NCBI GenBank assembly: GCA_964016885.1
Contig: OZ024747.1
Location: forward strand, 6,448,001 to 6,512,000
From: Eledone cirrhosa
Taxonomy: Eukaryota
Reading direction: 5' to 3'
DNA: 64,000 nucleotides
The notes under the pieces are model-generated. The model saw only the letters and a list, made by a program, of their open reading frames with translations, searched no databases and was not told the origin of the DNA. Position 1 is the stretch's first letter; every line of letters begins with the position of its first letter. Shown here one piece after another: positions 41,612-56,429 of the stretch. A program made the translations under genes and the position numbers.

Positions 41612-42277
41612 TTTATATAGATATATAGGTATATATATATGTATATATATATATATATATATACATACACACACACCCACACACATATATATACACATAC
41701 ATATATATATATACACACACACATACATATATGTGTTTGTGTGATAATGACGACTTCACCAACTTTTAAAAAAATTTCTAAAGGGATGTTTTTTTAATAT
41801 TCCCTTAATTGGTTCTTTATGTTTTGCCTGGAACAATAAGAATCCAGTTTTCTATGTCAATGGCTGCCATTGCTACACATTGTGGCGGCCATTTCTACAT
41901 ATTACCGATATTATCTTATCTTGATTTAAATGTTTTCTTGCAGTTGTTGCGGTGAGGAAAAAAATGTTTCAAAGAAGCAAATTCTCCAACACCAACACCA
42001 CCACCAATATCAACACTACTACCACCAGCACCATCACCACCAACACCACTAACACCACCATACCACCACCACCCACCACCATCAACACCACCCACACATA
42101 TTGCACAAGACACACCAACCATCTATCCATCCATCAATAGGCTCTAAACAATTGACACACCGTTGTGACACCACGGCCTATCTTGAGTTTTTAAAACCAG
42201 GCGGAGCCCATCCCTCTATAGGTCTTTATAAAACTGATTGCTTCCAGATGTAAGAGAGGGAGAAGAATGTGTGTGTG

Positions 42278-42365
<88 letters not shown>

Positions 42366-42366
<1 letters not shown>

Positions 42367-42600
42367 TGTTTCTATTTATTGCCACGAGAGCGCAAAAGAA
42401 GGGGACAAATACAAAGGGGGGAGTTTACACAAAAGAACGAGTAAAAAAAAACAATAACAAATATAAAATTAACAATAAAGTCCTCAATAGGGAGGAGGCG
42501 TTTATAGATAGATATCTTTATTTGCCACAGGGGCGTACAAAAATGGGACATTACAAGACGTGACGGCGGAAGTTTTACATAAAAATCGTATAACTTTAAC
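42366..42600 (-). mobile_element. Two L1/Tx1 3' UTR stubs in (GATA)n
   Basis: tttatt(t)gccac.(a/g)gggcg.acaa...gggaca matches the 3' ends at 32650 and 36216. Confidence 0.7.
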
Positions 42601-42656
42601 ATTAATAAATAACAATAAATAGATAGATAGATATAGAGAGAGAGGGAGAAAGAGAA

Positions 42657-42711
<55 letters not shown>

Positions 42712-42723
42712 GAGAGAGAGAGG

Positions 42724-42763
<40 letters not shown>

Positions 42764-43229
42764 AGACTAGGTCCTAGTACTGAACCTCGAAATGATGAAA
42801 GACAAAGTTGACCCCAGCGACTTTTTACCTCAAAACACAGAGAACGAATACTGCAAAGCATTCTATTTGGCGTTCTAAAAACCATAGTGTACTCTGGTTC
42901 AACAATTATTTTTTAAAATATACTTTTCTGATTTCTGCAATTAGACTGCGGCCATGCTGGGGAACTGCCTTGATTTCGTCGATCATATCGACCCCAATAC
43001 TTATTTTTTTTAATGCCTGGTACTTGTTTTATCGATCACTTTTGCATTGAGTTGGAATCTCGCCTTCTTCTGCCAGTAAGTATTAACGATGGAAAGACTA
43101 ATGCAAAAATGATTTCCTTCGTCTAATCTGAAAATCAGCTGCTTTTCATTACAATCTGAGTTCAAATGTTACCTTCTTCTGCCAAGAGCCTGCAGCCAGC
43201 ATATAATATAAATAATGGTAAGACCGTAA

Positions 43230-43500
43230 AAGGCGCGTGGCTGATTGGTTAGAGAACTGAATTCGCAATCGTGAGGTTGTCAGTTCAATTCCTGGACCAG
43301 GCGATGCGTTATGTCCTTGAGCCAGACACTTTATTTCACGTTGCTCCTTCTATCTGGAGTTGCGACCGATAGATAGTATTAGATAGTATTAGTATCGGAA
43401 AGACCAACGGAAACATTGTTTCCTCGGTCCAATTTGACGAAAGTCGATAGACTGACTGTCGAATGGTAATACCAATGGAAACATTATTTCCTTGATCTGA
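43230..43500 (+). mobile_element. SINE family 2 (tail b)
   Basis: ggcgcgtggctgattggttagag...gttcaattcct...ccttgagccagacactt; tail as at 8836-8930. Confidence 0.8.
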
Positions 43501-43684
43501 TCTGACAATCGGATTTTTCTCTTTCTACCAGTTGTGACCAGTAGATAATATCAGCAATGGAGGGATTAATATACAAACATTATTTCTTTGATACGATCTA
43601 AATATTGGCTCCTAATTTTCTTATTATTATATTTTCTTCTTTATATTATCCGAAGGATTCTTAAATTTTGTTGTCATTCTGTAG

Positions 43685-43774
43685 AGTAAGAAGCAACACG
43701 AAGTGAATCTGAGCAGTCTAGACAACAGATTAAGATATTTACGCAAGGAATTCTATCCGTTATATAAAGAGTCT
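43685..43774 (+). CDS. Candidate internal exon ([30 protein letters not shown])
   Basis: Acceptor ttttgttgtcattctgtag, donor tct|gtaagg, 90 bp, open in phase 0. Confidence 0.45.
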
Positions 43775-43931
43775 GTAAGGAGAGACGAGGTCCTGTTGTT
43801 GAGTTGAGTTTCATTCCCTTGGGGTGTGGGGGCACTCGTGTTGTAACCTTCAATGAAGCAAAAGAGAAGCAAACATGTTAAAAGAACGATAAAAGGGAAG
43901 AAAAAGCAAAAAAAAAACTGGTCACGCCTAA

Positions 43932-43963
<32 letters not shown>

Positions 43964-43964
43964 G

Positions 43965-43996
<32 letters not shown>

Positions 43997-44006
43997 TCAT
44001 ATATAC

Positions 44007-44039
<33 letters not shown>

Positions 44040-44121
44040 TATAGATATATATGATAACATATATAAATATATATTTAGATTTATATGAATACATACACAC
44101 ATATATGTATTCATATATAAA

Positions 44122-44155
<34 letters not shown>

Positions 44156-44237
44156 GTATGAATACATATATATATATAAATATATAAATATAAATATTTA
44201 TATATTTATATATATGTATTATATATATATTTAGATT

Positions 44238-44306
<69 letters not shown>

Positions 44307-44390
44307 GAGGTGAGTAATATTGTAGAACAATAAAACTATGCATATATCAGATAAGTAGCACGCAACAGTTGGTAGAACTGGAGTATATAT

Positions 44391-44461
<71 letters not shown>

Positions 44462-44804
44462 TTATATTTATATAATTTTAATTTTTGGAAGGTTCAATCA
44501 TGATTATTGAATCTTATTTCTTTTATGAGGACAATGAAGTTTATTTTGGATTTCTGCAGGGTTATCTTTTTCGGTGGTGGTGGTGGTGGTGGTGGTGGTG
44601 GTGGTGGTAGTTGTGGTGGTGGTGGTGGTGGTGGTGGTGGTGGTGGTAGTAGTTGTGTGCGTGTGCGCGTGGAAAGTTTTTTTTTGTCTTTTTCATTAAT
44701 CCTAATTTCTTGTCTGTAGATAAGTTAACATGTAGGACTTCGGTTAAAAGCTTAACTTGGAACATTTATATGTAATTTATGCTTTGTATACAGTAGGTCT
44801 AATG

Positions 44805-45100
44805 AGGGCGCGTGGTTTAGTGGTTAGGGTGTTCAGCTCACGATCATAATGCCGTGAGTTCGATTTCTGTTGGTATGTTGTGTCCTTGAGCAAGACACTT
44901 TATATCACGCTACTCCATCTTATCGACTAGAAAATATGTACCTGCAATTCAACGGATTATCCTTTTCATACACTGCTTCATGTTAAATCTCGCGGAACTG
45001 CATTATGGGTGCAGATTTTAGTAGAATGCTCAGCCATTTTGCACGTTAATTCTCACGACATTCGTTGTCGGGCGGATGGAATCTCATCATACATAACCTA
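44805..45100 (+). mobile_element. SINE family 2, diverged
   Basis: gggcgcgtggtttagtggttaggg...gagttcgatt...ccttgagcaagacactt. Confidence 0.8.
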
Positions 45101-45359
45101 CGAAATAACCTAATGAAATGGATGTGAAAAGAATTCGTTCAATCCTTCGTGCCCGGAGCTGGAACTATCTGGAAGTTTTTCTCTGCTACCCGGCCCACAT
45201 TTTCTATTCACACATCACCCTACAGCTGTCCTAGTTAATGTTGCACAGTATCAACCTCACCAGTCTTCGGGAGCATTTGAAATCTATGGGCACTCCCCAC
45301 CTTCTAAACAACCTTTTGCTTTTATTGTTTTGTGAAAGAATATATATCTTTCACAGTCG

Positions 45360-45590
45360 TACATGTCTGGTGAGTTACTTGATCTGAGACTGTGTATTGA
45401 AACTAAAGAAATTACATTGTGGAAGAATCATTTCAGCCAAAGCTGTTCATGTCAAGCAAGTAATTTGATCTGAGAGCGTGATGTTGAAACTAAAACGATT
45501 ACACAGTGGAAGAGTCATTTGAGCCACAGTTGTACTTGTCTGACAAGTGTCTTGATCTTTGTTGAAACTGAAGCAATTGCATGGGGGAAG
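45360..45590. repeat. Degenerate tandem repeat of about 88 bp, roughly 3 units
   Basis: ttgatct...ttgaaact.aa..aatt.ca..gtggaaga.tcattt.agcca recurs. Confidence 0.6.
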
Positions 45591-45803
45591 ATAAATGTGA
45601 AGTGAATTTAACAGTTCTTGAGTGTGTTTGAATAACTCTTAGATATAACCACACACACGCACATACACACACACACACATACAAACACACACACGCACAC
45701 ACACACGCATATATATATGTATGTATATATGTATATATATATTTATGTGTGTGTGTATATATATATACTGTATATATATATATATAAATATATATAAATA
45801 TAT

Positions 45804-45904
<101 letters not shown>

Positions 45905-45910
45905 ATATAC

Positions 45911-45996
<86 letters not shown>

Positions 45997-46054
45997 CATA
46001 AATATATATACATACATATATATATATAAATATATATAAATATATATATATATG

Positions 46055-46142
<88 letters not shown>

Positions 46143-46194
46143 CACACAAACTGGTAAATTCCTTGTACATTTATCATATCTTTCTCCCTGTCAG

Positions 46195-46299
46195 AATTTT
46201 CAACGTACTGTTAATAAGGATATTTCCCAAAGATTTACGATAGAAATTGATGGAATATTTCATGAGATAAAATGGCGGAATATATTGAGACATAAATAA
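46195..46299 (+). CDS. Candidate exon ([34 protein letters not shown])
   Basis: Strong acceptor tctttctccctgtcag; phase-compatible with 43685-43774. Confidence 0.3.
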   Translation, partial: NFQRTVNKDISQRFTIEIDGIFHEIKWRNILRHK

Positions 46300-46740
46300 G
46301 TGAAATTACGCAATATTGCAGCAAACATCAGCAGATTAAGTGAAAGGAGACTGGCAAGCTACCAATCCAGCTTAGCTGCACATGTGTATGCCTTTTATAA
46401 ACAAATTAACAGGTTATTGTAACAGTGGAGGGCAGTTTATTTTGAAAGAACATCTTCTCCCCGGTTCTATATATAAATATAGAAGTATATTTAAATCGGT
46501 AAATATACCTGTGTAAATATCTACATACGTACATTCATACGTATGTATACACCTACCTAATTATCTACCTATATACATACCTATATATGTACATACATAC
46601 TTATATACTCGTCTTTGTGAGTGTTGGACCTTCGTCGGCCCCGATGAAGAGTGTACATGTACAAGAATTACAGGTATAACTCATTTCTGCCAGCTAAGTG
46701 AAATAACATGTTTTGCCCAAGGACGGCTCACACACACATA

Positions 46741-46909
<169 letters not shown>

Positions 46910-46918
46910 TGATGGATA

Positions 46919-47102
46919 TAATTGTTTCTACTTTTGGAGCAATTACCACAGTTCATTACTGGTACTTTATTTTATCGACCCTGTAAGGATGAAAGGCAAA
47001 GTTAACCTCGGCGGGATTTGAACTCAGACCATAATGGGCCGTAACTCTATGCTGCAAAGCATGGCGTCCGACGCTCTACCGATACTGCCATTCCACCGCC
47101 CT
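46919..47102 (-). mobile_element. SINE family 1, full length
   Basis: Consensus match; direct TSD gatggatata. Confidence 0.9.
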
Positions 47103-47221
47103 TGGATGGATATACTGATTTTCCGAAGAGTTAGGTACATATCTATTTTATAAAGAAATGATTCCTATAGGAATAAAACTGTTTCATTCGTTTGAAATCA
47201 TCTCGAAGCCATTTTTATGTT

Positions 47222-47253
<32 letters not shown>

Positions 47254-47358
47254 CACAATCACAAGGAAAGGTGCACAACACCAAAGTAGAGAATATTATG
47301 TCGGATTGGCAGTATCGGTAGAAGGTCGGACGCCATGCTTTGCAGCATAGAGTTACGC

Positions 47359-47491
47359 CCCTTGAAACACCCACATAAAACATGCCATGACTGAAACATG
47401 GGTTTGTCAGATCTATACCAATAGTTTTGAAAGTTTGACCTTGACTCTTATTGATGCTCATGGCAAAGCATGGCCTCATTGGGAACTGCAA
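47359..47491 (-). mobile_element. Helitron RepHel PIF1 helicase fragment
   Basis: LQFPMRPCFAMSINKSQGQTFKTIGIDLTNPCFSHGMFYVGVSR = C-terminal PIF1 helicase motifs; abuts a SINE 1 head at 47302-47359. Confidence 0.88.
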
Positions 47492-48013
47492 ATATAAAAG
47501 GCAACTCGCTATCACTTGGTATAAGTCGAATCCTCGGAATAAGAAGAGCTTGACTTTTGTAAGCCCCGAATATAATGGTTGCTTCAATCAAGTTCTCATG
47601 CAATCTTATTACATCACATCTTGTTCCATTTATTGGCCAAAATGTTCACTATACGGGGTTTAACCCCCATTAGGGTGTCTTAATATTATTGAAATTTTCT
47701 GAAATTTTGTGAATAGGCATCATATCTTGTCATTTACCTAGGGTTTAAATTTCATATAAATCGAAGGGAAAAAATTTTCAGCGGGGCTTTGTGCCCCCGC
47801 TAAACGCCCCACAACCCGGGTAACCCTTTGATTATATGAAATATACTTATCCATGTACCCTGGGCAATGTAGTTTCAGAATATATATGGTTAAGGCGGTC
47901 TATCCCCAAAACCATAGGAGGAGTTCGTGAACAAACAAACAAAACAAACAAATATATATAGAGTACATTAGGGTTAGCGCCATTACAGTATATATATTTT
48001 GGTCATATTTCAG

Positions 48014-48143
48014 AGATTACAACTCCTTGTCGTTATTCTGAGTTTGGGGAAAGATTCAGTTGCTAAAGAGGATATTTGTACGAAACTATCATGTCTAATA
48101 GTAGTAGCCACACCTAATATATTTAGGACATATACTGTGGCAG
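48014..48143 (+). CDS. Candidate internal exon (RLQLLVVILSLGKDSVAKEDICTKLSCLIVVATPNIFRTYTVA)
   Basis: Acceptor ttttggtcatatttcag, donor cag|gtaaaa; only phase 0 is open. Confidence 0.4.
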
Positions 48144-48889
48144 GTAAAACAATATTTCCAGTTGTGTGATCAGCGGGAAACCGCGAAATTCAAAGGAATA
48201 ACAGTGTAACCTCAGTAACATACACAGACACACACACACATACACACATACACACACACATAGACACATAGACACATGCACACACACATACACACACATA
48301 CACACATACACGCACACACATACATACACACACAGTCACACACACATACACACACACATACACACACATACAATCTCACACACACACATACATACACACA
48401 TACACTCACACACACATATATTCACACACACACACTCACATACTCACACACTCACACATACACTCTCTCACACACACACATACACACACACATAAACATA
48501 CACACACACATACACACGCATTCACACACACACACTCACACACACACTCACTCACTCACTCACACACACACACACTCACACACACGCACTCACTCACACA
48601 CAAACACACACACGCGCACTCACTCACACACATACATACGCACGCACACAAACACACGCACTCACACACACAAACACATGCACTCAGTCACTCACACACA
48701 CACACTCATGCATAATGTGGGATTGGGAGTGGGGGGAAGAGAGAGGGAGAGAATAAAGAGAGTGAGGGTAAGGGAGGGGGTGATGGTGGATGTTTTGTTT
48801 TTCTCTCCTTCTGTCAAGGACGGTGTGCTGTATTGTTTTACATATGTGTGGGTTAGAATCATGTGAACACAACACATATACAGCACATA

Positions 48890-49621
48890 CCACCACCACC
48901 AACACCAACACCACCACCAACACCACCAACACCAACACCACCACCTTCCACCAACACCACCAACACCAACACCACCACCAACACCAACACCACCACCTTC
49001 CACCAACACCACCAACACCAACACCACCACCAACACCACCAACACCAACACCAACACCACCACCACCAACACCACCACCAACACCAACACCACCACCAAC
49101 ACCAACACCACCAACACCACCACCAACACCACCAACACCCACCACCACCAACACCACCAACACCCACCACCATCAACACCACCACCACCACCACCATCAC
49201 CAATACCACCACCACCAACACCACCACCACCACCACCACCACCACCAACACCACCATCACCAACACCACCACCACCACCACCAACACCAACACCACCAAC
49301 ACCCACCACCACCACCAACACCACCAACACCACCAACACCCACCACCACCACCAACACCACCAACACCCACCACCACCACCAACACCAACACCACCACCA
49401 ACACCAACACCACCACCAACACCAACACCACCACCAACACCCACCACCACCACCAACACCAACACCACCACCAACACCAACACCACCACCTTCCACCAAC
49501 ACCACCAACACCACCACCACCAACAACACCACCAACACCACCACCAACACCACCACCAACACCACCACCAACACCACCAACACCCACCACCACCACCACC
49601 ACCAACACCACCACCAACACC

Positions 49622-49652
<31 letters not shown>

Positions 49653-49880
49653 CCACCACCAACACCACCACCACCAACACCACCACCACCAACACCACCA
49701 CCACCAACACCACCAACAACAACAACAACACCACCACCAACACGACGACGACCACCACCAACACCACCACCACTACCACCACCACCACCACCAACACCAC
49801 CACCACCACCACCACCACCACCACCTCTAATCTAATCGTCGACGTCATCATTATTACCGCTGCCACCACCACCACCACCA
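48890..49880. repeat. (ACC/AAC)n compound microsatellite
   Basis: About 1 kb of ACC/AAC triplets with frame slips. Confidence 0.95.
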
Positions 49881-50143
49881 TTTATCAAATTAACAAGATA
49901 AATAATATGTATAAATGAATATTATATTAAAAGTCTATATGAAAATATAGTACCCCACCCGAATATCAAAATAAATAGAAAGCACCTACAATATGGTGGC
50001 AAGCTCTGTCTATGCAGGATCAGGTCTTCACTAAAACTCATTTTCTCTCTGGGGACTTGGCTTCTCCTCACTGGATTCTCCAGGAGGAATTGAACTATTA
50101 ACCCTCTCCTGTGTGTGTATTTTTACACTATCGTCCCTAACTA

Positions 50144-50312
50144 CCGTATTTCCCGGCGCCGACGACGCTTCGTCCTCGAGGACACACCTTCATTTTGAAA
50201 ACCAAAAATTTGAAAAAAAACTAATAAATAACCTTCGTCCTCCAGGACGCATGGTAGATTTGTTAGACTTATTTTAGGAAACAGGTAGCGTCTTCGACGT
50301 CAGGAAATACGA
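50144..50312. mobile_element. pogo/Tigger-type MITE, copy 2
   Basis: ta-ccgtatttcccggcg ... caggaaatacga; homologous to 20667-20835. Confidence 0.8.
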
Positions 50313-50464
50313 TGGTTAAGATTGGTTAGCTGATTATCTAAGTAATTTATTTACCTCTCACATTTTATTTCTTCAGTTTTACACCCTCATAAATACCGAA
50401 TCACTTTCTCTAGTGCCAATCTCATCACTTTGGCTGCAAACCTGCAACGTAGTGTAGCAGAAAT

Positions 50465-50960
50465 CAACTAAATACCGACACACAAAGAAAACTGACCGTT
50501 TTCTTTGTGTGTCGGTCATCATTGGAACCTCTCGTATCATTGGTCCCCTGACTGCCACAGAGGAACAGAATATGACTAAATACCAAGCGTTAACTGGCCG
50601 TTTTTGTTTTTTTTGTCGGTCACCATTGAAACCTCTCGTGTCCTTGGTCTCCGGACTGCCACGGAAAACTGGATGGTTAAATACCAGACTTAAACTGACT
50701 CCTTTTTCTGACAGTGACCATAGAGATCTTCAATGTTTTTGATCCCTGGATTGCCACAGAGGAACGGAAGATGGTTAAATACCAAACTTAAACTGACTCC
50801 ATTTTCTGGCTGTCATCATAGAGACATCCAGTGACCTCGTTCCCCTGACTTCCCCAGAGGAATGGAAGATGAGTAAATACCAGGCATTAACTGTCCGTTC
50901 CCTTTTTGTAACAGTCGCCATTGAGAGATATACAGTATCCTCGATCTCCGGACGGCCGTT
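50465..50960. repeat. About 100-bp tandem repeat, roughly 5 diverged units
   Basis: taaatacc...taactg.c...g.ca.cat.g.ac.tc...ga.tgccac.gaggaa recurs at about 100-bp spacing. Confidence 0.8.
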
Positions 50961-51648
50961 TGTCCTCGCATAAATCGGGACGAGGGCATCACGTCTGAGG
51001 AAAGCAACCTTTAAAGGTGGAATGGTTGATGCAACGGGTTTCGCTGGCTGTTTTTTCTACAGCAACTCTTCGACCATCTTGCCTGTGTGGTGCAACTGAG
51101 CTAAACCACCTAGTAAGAGTGTAGAGTTTGCCCTCTTTCCCATTTCTCTCTCCTATGTTTTCCTTTTTTTATTTTTCCCCCACGCCACCCCTTGTCTTTT
51201 TCTCACTATGATATTGTAAATGTATTTTGAAAATTTTTAAATGAATAAAATGTTTTATTTGAAGTCATCCTTTGCACCCAAATTTCAGCAAATTTTCTGG
51301 TTGGTATTTATATATTTTATCGAGTCCGCCACGGTTAGAACTGTAAAAGCCAGTGAAATAGGAATTTATAATCTATTAATGTAATAAGGATGTAAAATTC
51401 AGTGAGACACACATTTATAATATATTAATGTAATAGGGATGTAACTTAATACGCAACTTATTTTATCCGATCACTCCCACATATCTGTCATACACCACCC
51501 TATTAAAAAAACATAACACCAGCACCAACAGCAACATCAAAACCAACAACAACAACGACAATAAAAATAATTGTTTCTACTTTTGGCACAAGGCCAGCAA
51601 TTATACCGGTGCATTACTGGTACTTTATTTTATCGACCTCGTAAGGAT

Positions 51649-51839
51649 GTTGGTGGTAGCGTTCAGCGAGAGCTCCATTCTCAACGGCTGCCAAGCCAAG
51701 ATTGAGCATCCCAGCGAAGCGCGCGCATGCTTGTTTGGGAGTGAAGGAAGCACCAATCACAACAGTGTTGCCAACAGCCGTACGAACATTTTCTCTGAGT
51801 CCCCATCGCTTTGGAGACCTTACTTTTGGGATTACCCTC

Positions 51840-51840
<1 letters not shown>
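51649..51840 (-). mobile_element. mariner-like transposon terminal fragment
   Basis: Minus strand starts TA-cgagggtaatcccaaaagtaaggtctcc (mariner-type TIR); fused to a SINE 1 tail at 51568-51648. Confidence 0.65.
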
Positions 51841-51871
<31 letters not shown>

Positions 51872-51882
51872 GTATGCACACA

Positions 51883-51957
<75 letters not shown>

Positions 51958-52442
51958 TAAAATAACAGATTAAAGTTTAAGCAAAGAATCGGTACTTTCA
52001 CCCTTAACGGGGTCTTCTGAAACTAAAAAAAGTCAATCTGTGAACGCAGAAGTAAATATTTCAAAAAACGTTGCAACCAAAGGAAGACAGGAAGACGATA
52101 CTTTGGTTCGTGGAAACGTTCCCACATCAAGACGTAAATTATCCGCGTATAGTTCGTACTATCCGTTAGGGTATAATGTAGAGCTGTAATACAGGAAAGT
52201 TTTGTGCAATTTATGTTTAAGATGTGGTCTTTGGCGTAGAGTATTTCCAGGGCCTCAGCGGCGCAGAGGTCACATGGTCTTTTATTTCCGTTATACGATC
52301 TAGCCTTAGCTAGGATCTCCTAGTGTAACTTATAGTGGGTGTGCTTGTCTTTTAGACTCCAGATATAAGCTGAAAGTGACGTCATATTCCTTCTTAAAGG
52401 GTTAAGAAAAGAATGGGTATGCATGTAAAGACGCTGCTTCAA

Positions 52443-52618
52443 TCTATTGCATGGGAAGAGAAAGACCACTGGAAGAGGAAGATCAAGGTTAACATATGTT
52501 GATGTCCTAAGGACAGACACTGGTCTGTTGGAGACGCAGGACATGGCAGCGATAATGAGGGACAGAGACCGCTGGAGAGAACTCGTCCATGGATCTCGGG
52601 AATTTTACCCGCCCTAGA
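52443..52618 (+). mobile_element. RTE-clade LINE C-terminus
   Basis: LHGKRKTTGRGRSRLTYVDVLRTDTGL...MRDRDRWRELV, followed by a (GATA) tail. Confidence 0.8.
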
Positions 52619-52653
52619 TAGATATATATATATGTGTAAAAGGTAAACAGAAA

Positions 52654-52850
52654 TCTTCCTCTTCCCATGCAGGGGCTCCCACAAGAGCACTGAGTGCAAT
52701 GTCAACTCTGGATGTCGGTGAGCATGTCCAGCTAACCTCAGTCTCCTCTGTGTCACTTTTGAGCTGCCCTTTGGGAGGCTCCCGTACAGTTCTGTTTTTT
52801 ATCCTCAGTGTATACTGATTAATGTTCAGGGCCATCCTCAGCTTATATAT
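52654..52850 (-). mobile_element. RTE-clade LINE, upstream segment in opposite orientation
   Basis: KLRMALNI...QRRLRLAGHAHRHPELTLHSVLLWEPLHGKRK. Confidence 0.8.
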
Positions 52851-53531
52851 AAATCGGAGGTGGGATATCAAGAGAGTTATAACAACCATAATAAAAGTCT
52901 CTAATTTAGGCACAAGGCCAGCAATTTGTGGAGAATGGAGATTGGGGGGGAAAAGTCGATTAAATCAACTCTAGTATTTCACTGATATTTATTTTATCGA
53001 CTTTACCGGTTCCGTAAGAATAAAATTTAAAGTCGGTGAGATTCGAATTTATGTAACTGAATACGCAACACATTTTGTCCGGCCATTCCACTAATGCTGC
53101 CATACACCGCCCTTTTAAAATACATAACAACAACAACACCAATAATAATAATAAATAACTGGGTGGACAGTTATTCGAGCGAGTTGATGGCGGTGGGTTC
53201 TAGGTGTATAGATTGGGGGAGGCCAGTAACATGATTTCGTTTAGATAACAAGCGATGTTTATTAAAGTGGAAGGCAAAGCAATAACAAGTGTCAACTTTT
53301 AGCCTCTCCTCGTCTCGATGTTGATGTTGTTATTGTTGTTGTTGTTGTTCTCTGTCGAAGCTTCTACAAAATATTCCTAGAATTTCGCCAATTTTTCACC
53401 AATGCAATGTTAAAAGCAGCTGCTTCTTTGCCAGCCTCTCTCTCTCCCCTCTCTGCCTCTCTCTCTCTCTCTCTCTCCTTCCCTCTCACTGTCTGTCTCT
53501 CGCTCTCAGCATTTTTCATACTCCTCCACCA

Positions 53532-53658
<127 letters not shown>

Positions 53659-53667
53659 TATATACAT

Positions 53668-53727
<60 letters not shown>

Positions 53728-53734
53728 TATACAT

Positions 53735-53780
<46 letters not shown>

Positions 53781-53836
53781 TGACATGTATATACATATAT
53801 ATATATATACATGTATATATATATATGTGTGTGTGG

Positions 53837-54010
53837 GTGTAAAAGGTAAACAGAAATAACAACACAATCGGTACAGTATATGGAAGGGATATATTAGGTT
53901 AACGCTTGATATAGCAGGAAGAGGGTGTTAACGTTTCGAGCGCTAGTCCTTCATCAGAAGAAAGAATGAGAAATAAGATAGATTGAGGGGACGGGCGGGT
54001 TGGAATTGGA
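53837..54010 (-). mobile_element. Family E insert with hammerhead-like motif at 53925-53962
   Basis: CTGATGA-A-ggac-tagc-gctc-GAAA-cg-TT; flanks homologous to 8620-8760. Confidence 0.55.
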
Positions 54011-54305
54011 AAAAATATCTTTAGATAAAAATAACAGGTCCATTCATGGGTGGGGGTGTATGTGTGAGTGTGTTCGTTACTTCGTTTTTCTTTCTCTAGA
54101 TGATTACGGTGGTGGTGGTGACGATGACAATGATGATGATGATGATGATGATGATGAAGAGGATATCATTGATGAGAGTGTGATGGTAGCTGTGGTGGTT
54201 GGGATGGTGTTAATCGTAATCACGATTGTTTATGTTGATTGTATTAAGTAATACATTTAAAAGCATTGGTCTAGAAAATAAAGGTCATGTGTTGTATCAC
54301 ACTGT

Positions 54306-55122
54306 AAACCATCACCATCACCACCACTACCACCACAACCATCACCATCACCATCACCACCACAACCATCACCACCACAACCATCACCATCACCATCACC
54401 ACCACAACCATCACCATCACCACCACAACCATCACCATCACAACCATCACCATCACCAACACAACCATCACAACCATCACCACCACAACCATCACCACCA
54501 CAACCATCACCATCACCATCACCAACACAACCATCACCATCACCACCACAACCATCACCACCACAACCATCACCATCACCATCACAAACACAACCATCAC
54601 CATCACCACCATCACCACCACAACCATCACCACCACAACCATCACCACCACAACCATCACCACCACAACCATCACCATCACCATCACAAACACAACCATC
54701 ACCATCACCACCATCACCACCACAACCATCATCATCACCACCATCACCACCACAACCATCACCATCACAACCATCACCATCACCAACACAACCATCACAA
54801 CCATCACCACCACAACCATCACCACCACAACCATCACCATCACCATCACCAACACAACCATCACCATCACCACCACAACCATCACCACCACAACCATTAC
54901 CATCACCATCACAAACACAACCATCACCATCACCACCATCACCACCACAACCATCACCACCACAACCATCACCACCACAACCATCACCACCACAACCATC
55001 ACCATCACCATCACAAACACAACCATCACCATCACCACCATCACCACCACAACCATCACCATCACCACCATCACCACCACAACCATCACCACCACAACCA
55101 TCACCACCACAACCATCACCAC
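54306..55122. repeat. In-frame CAC/CAT/AAC triplet array with higher-order period of about 327 bp
   Basis: The variant pattern (ccaacac, caaacac) repeats between about 54456 and 54783. Confidence 0.9.
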
Positions 55123-55708
55123 CCCCTAACAATCACCACCACAGCCATCACCACCATGACCATCGCCACCAACATGACCTCCACCACTATCGCCACCATC
55201 ATTACCCACCACCACCACCATGATTACCACCATCATCATCATCATCATCATCATGGTGTAAACCATATATTACGACGCCATTTTGTTAGGGCGTGGATGT
55301 TTTAAAAAATTACACTATTTTTTTACTTTCTCCTAAACAACAATACCACATACCAACAGAAGATAATTGCTTGATTTATTTTAATTAACTTAATTAATCA
55401 TCTTGTTTCATCTATTATTTCATTCAGTTATTTATTTACGTAATTTCGGACTTTGTATGTTGCCATATTGTAACCCCAGGCTGGCAGCAGCCATTTTGTT
55501 TCTATGATATAAAACTGTTTAAAATGTTTATAGTTATCTAAAAATCTTCCATAATTTTATGTAGGAACTTTTACGTTATGTTCCAAATCCCAGCTGAACA
55601 ATAAGACAGTTTCATTAATAAATCACATCAAATTATTGATTATTTAACAAACAAACAAAAATCATTAGAGGTATATTTTTGTGGGTATCGAATCTTTCAA
55701 GTTTATAT

Positions 55709-55971
55709 ATGGAAGATATATTATCCATGTGGCCTACAAGGAAGATATAGTATCCATGTGGGCCACATGGAAGATATATTATCCATGTGGCCCACAAGGA
55801 AGATATAGTATCCATGTGTGCCACATGGAAGATATAGTATCTATGTGGGCCACATGGAAGATATAGTATCCATGTGTGCCACATGGAAGATATAGTATCC
55901 ATGTGGGCCACATGGAAGATATAGTATCCATGTGGGCCACATGAAAGATGTAGTACCCATGTGGGTCACAT
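55709..55971. repeat. 29-bp minisatellite, about 9 units
   Basis: Unit atggaagatatagtatccatgtgggccac. Confidence 0.92.
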
Positions 55972-56039
55972 GCAAAAAAAAAAAATAGAAAAAATTTCGA
56001 AAGTGGACCATTATAAAAAGAAGTTTGTATATGTATGTT

Positions 56040-56148
<109 letters not shown>

Positions 56149-56204
56149 GTGTGTTTGTGTGCATACATATGTATATGTATTCGTGCATGCATATATATAT
56201 ATAT

Positions 56205-56343
56205 GAGAAAAACGTGCTGCGGAGTTGCTTATGGGTAACATATGAATAAAGTTAGTCCTTCATCAGTGATCTTCCAACCATCAAGCGATGAAATACCAAT
56301 GATGGTTGGAAGATCACTGATGAAGGACTAACTTTATTCATAT
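56205..56343. mobile_element. Fold-back (TA)n insert containing CTGATGA
   Basis: 43-bp perfect arms 56240-56282 and 56301-56343 with an 18-bp spacer; arms read ctgatgaaggacta but no matching GAAA half follows. Confidence 0.7.
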
Positions 56344-56377
56344 ATATATATATATCCGTCCTTATACGTATGTATTC

Positions 56378-56429
<52 letters not shown>

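Noticed and set aside
47198-47587. ORF as a host PIF1 gene
   Set aside because: Only about 44 codons are homologous, they are fused to a SINE head and lack exon boundaries; best read as Helitron debris.
50990-51040. ctgagga-aagcaacc...ggttgat-gcaacg as a decayed hammerhead
   Set aside because: GAAA is missing, stem I is not evident and there is only one copy.
54226-55305. 359-aa His-rich ORF, or GGDGC repeat on the minus strand, as a structural protein
   Set aside because: Open in several frames simply because of triplet composition; no signal peptide or convincing splice context.
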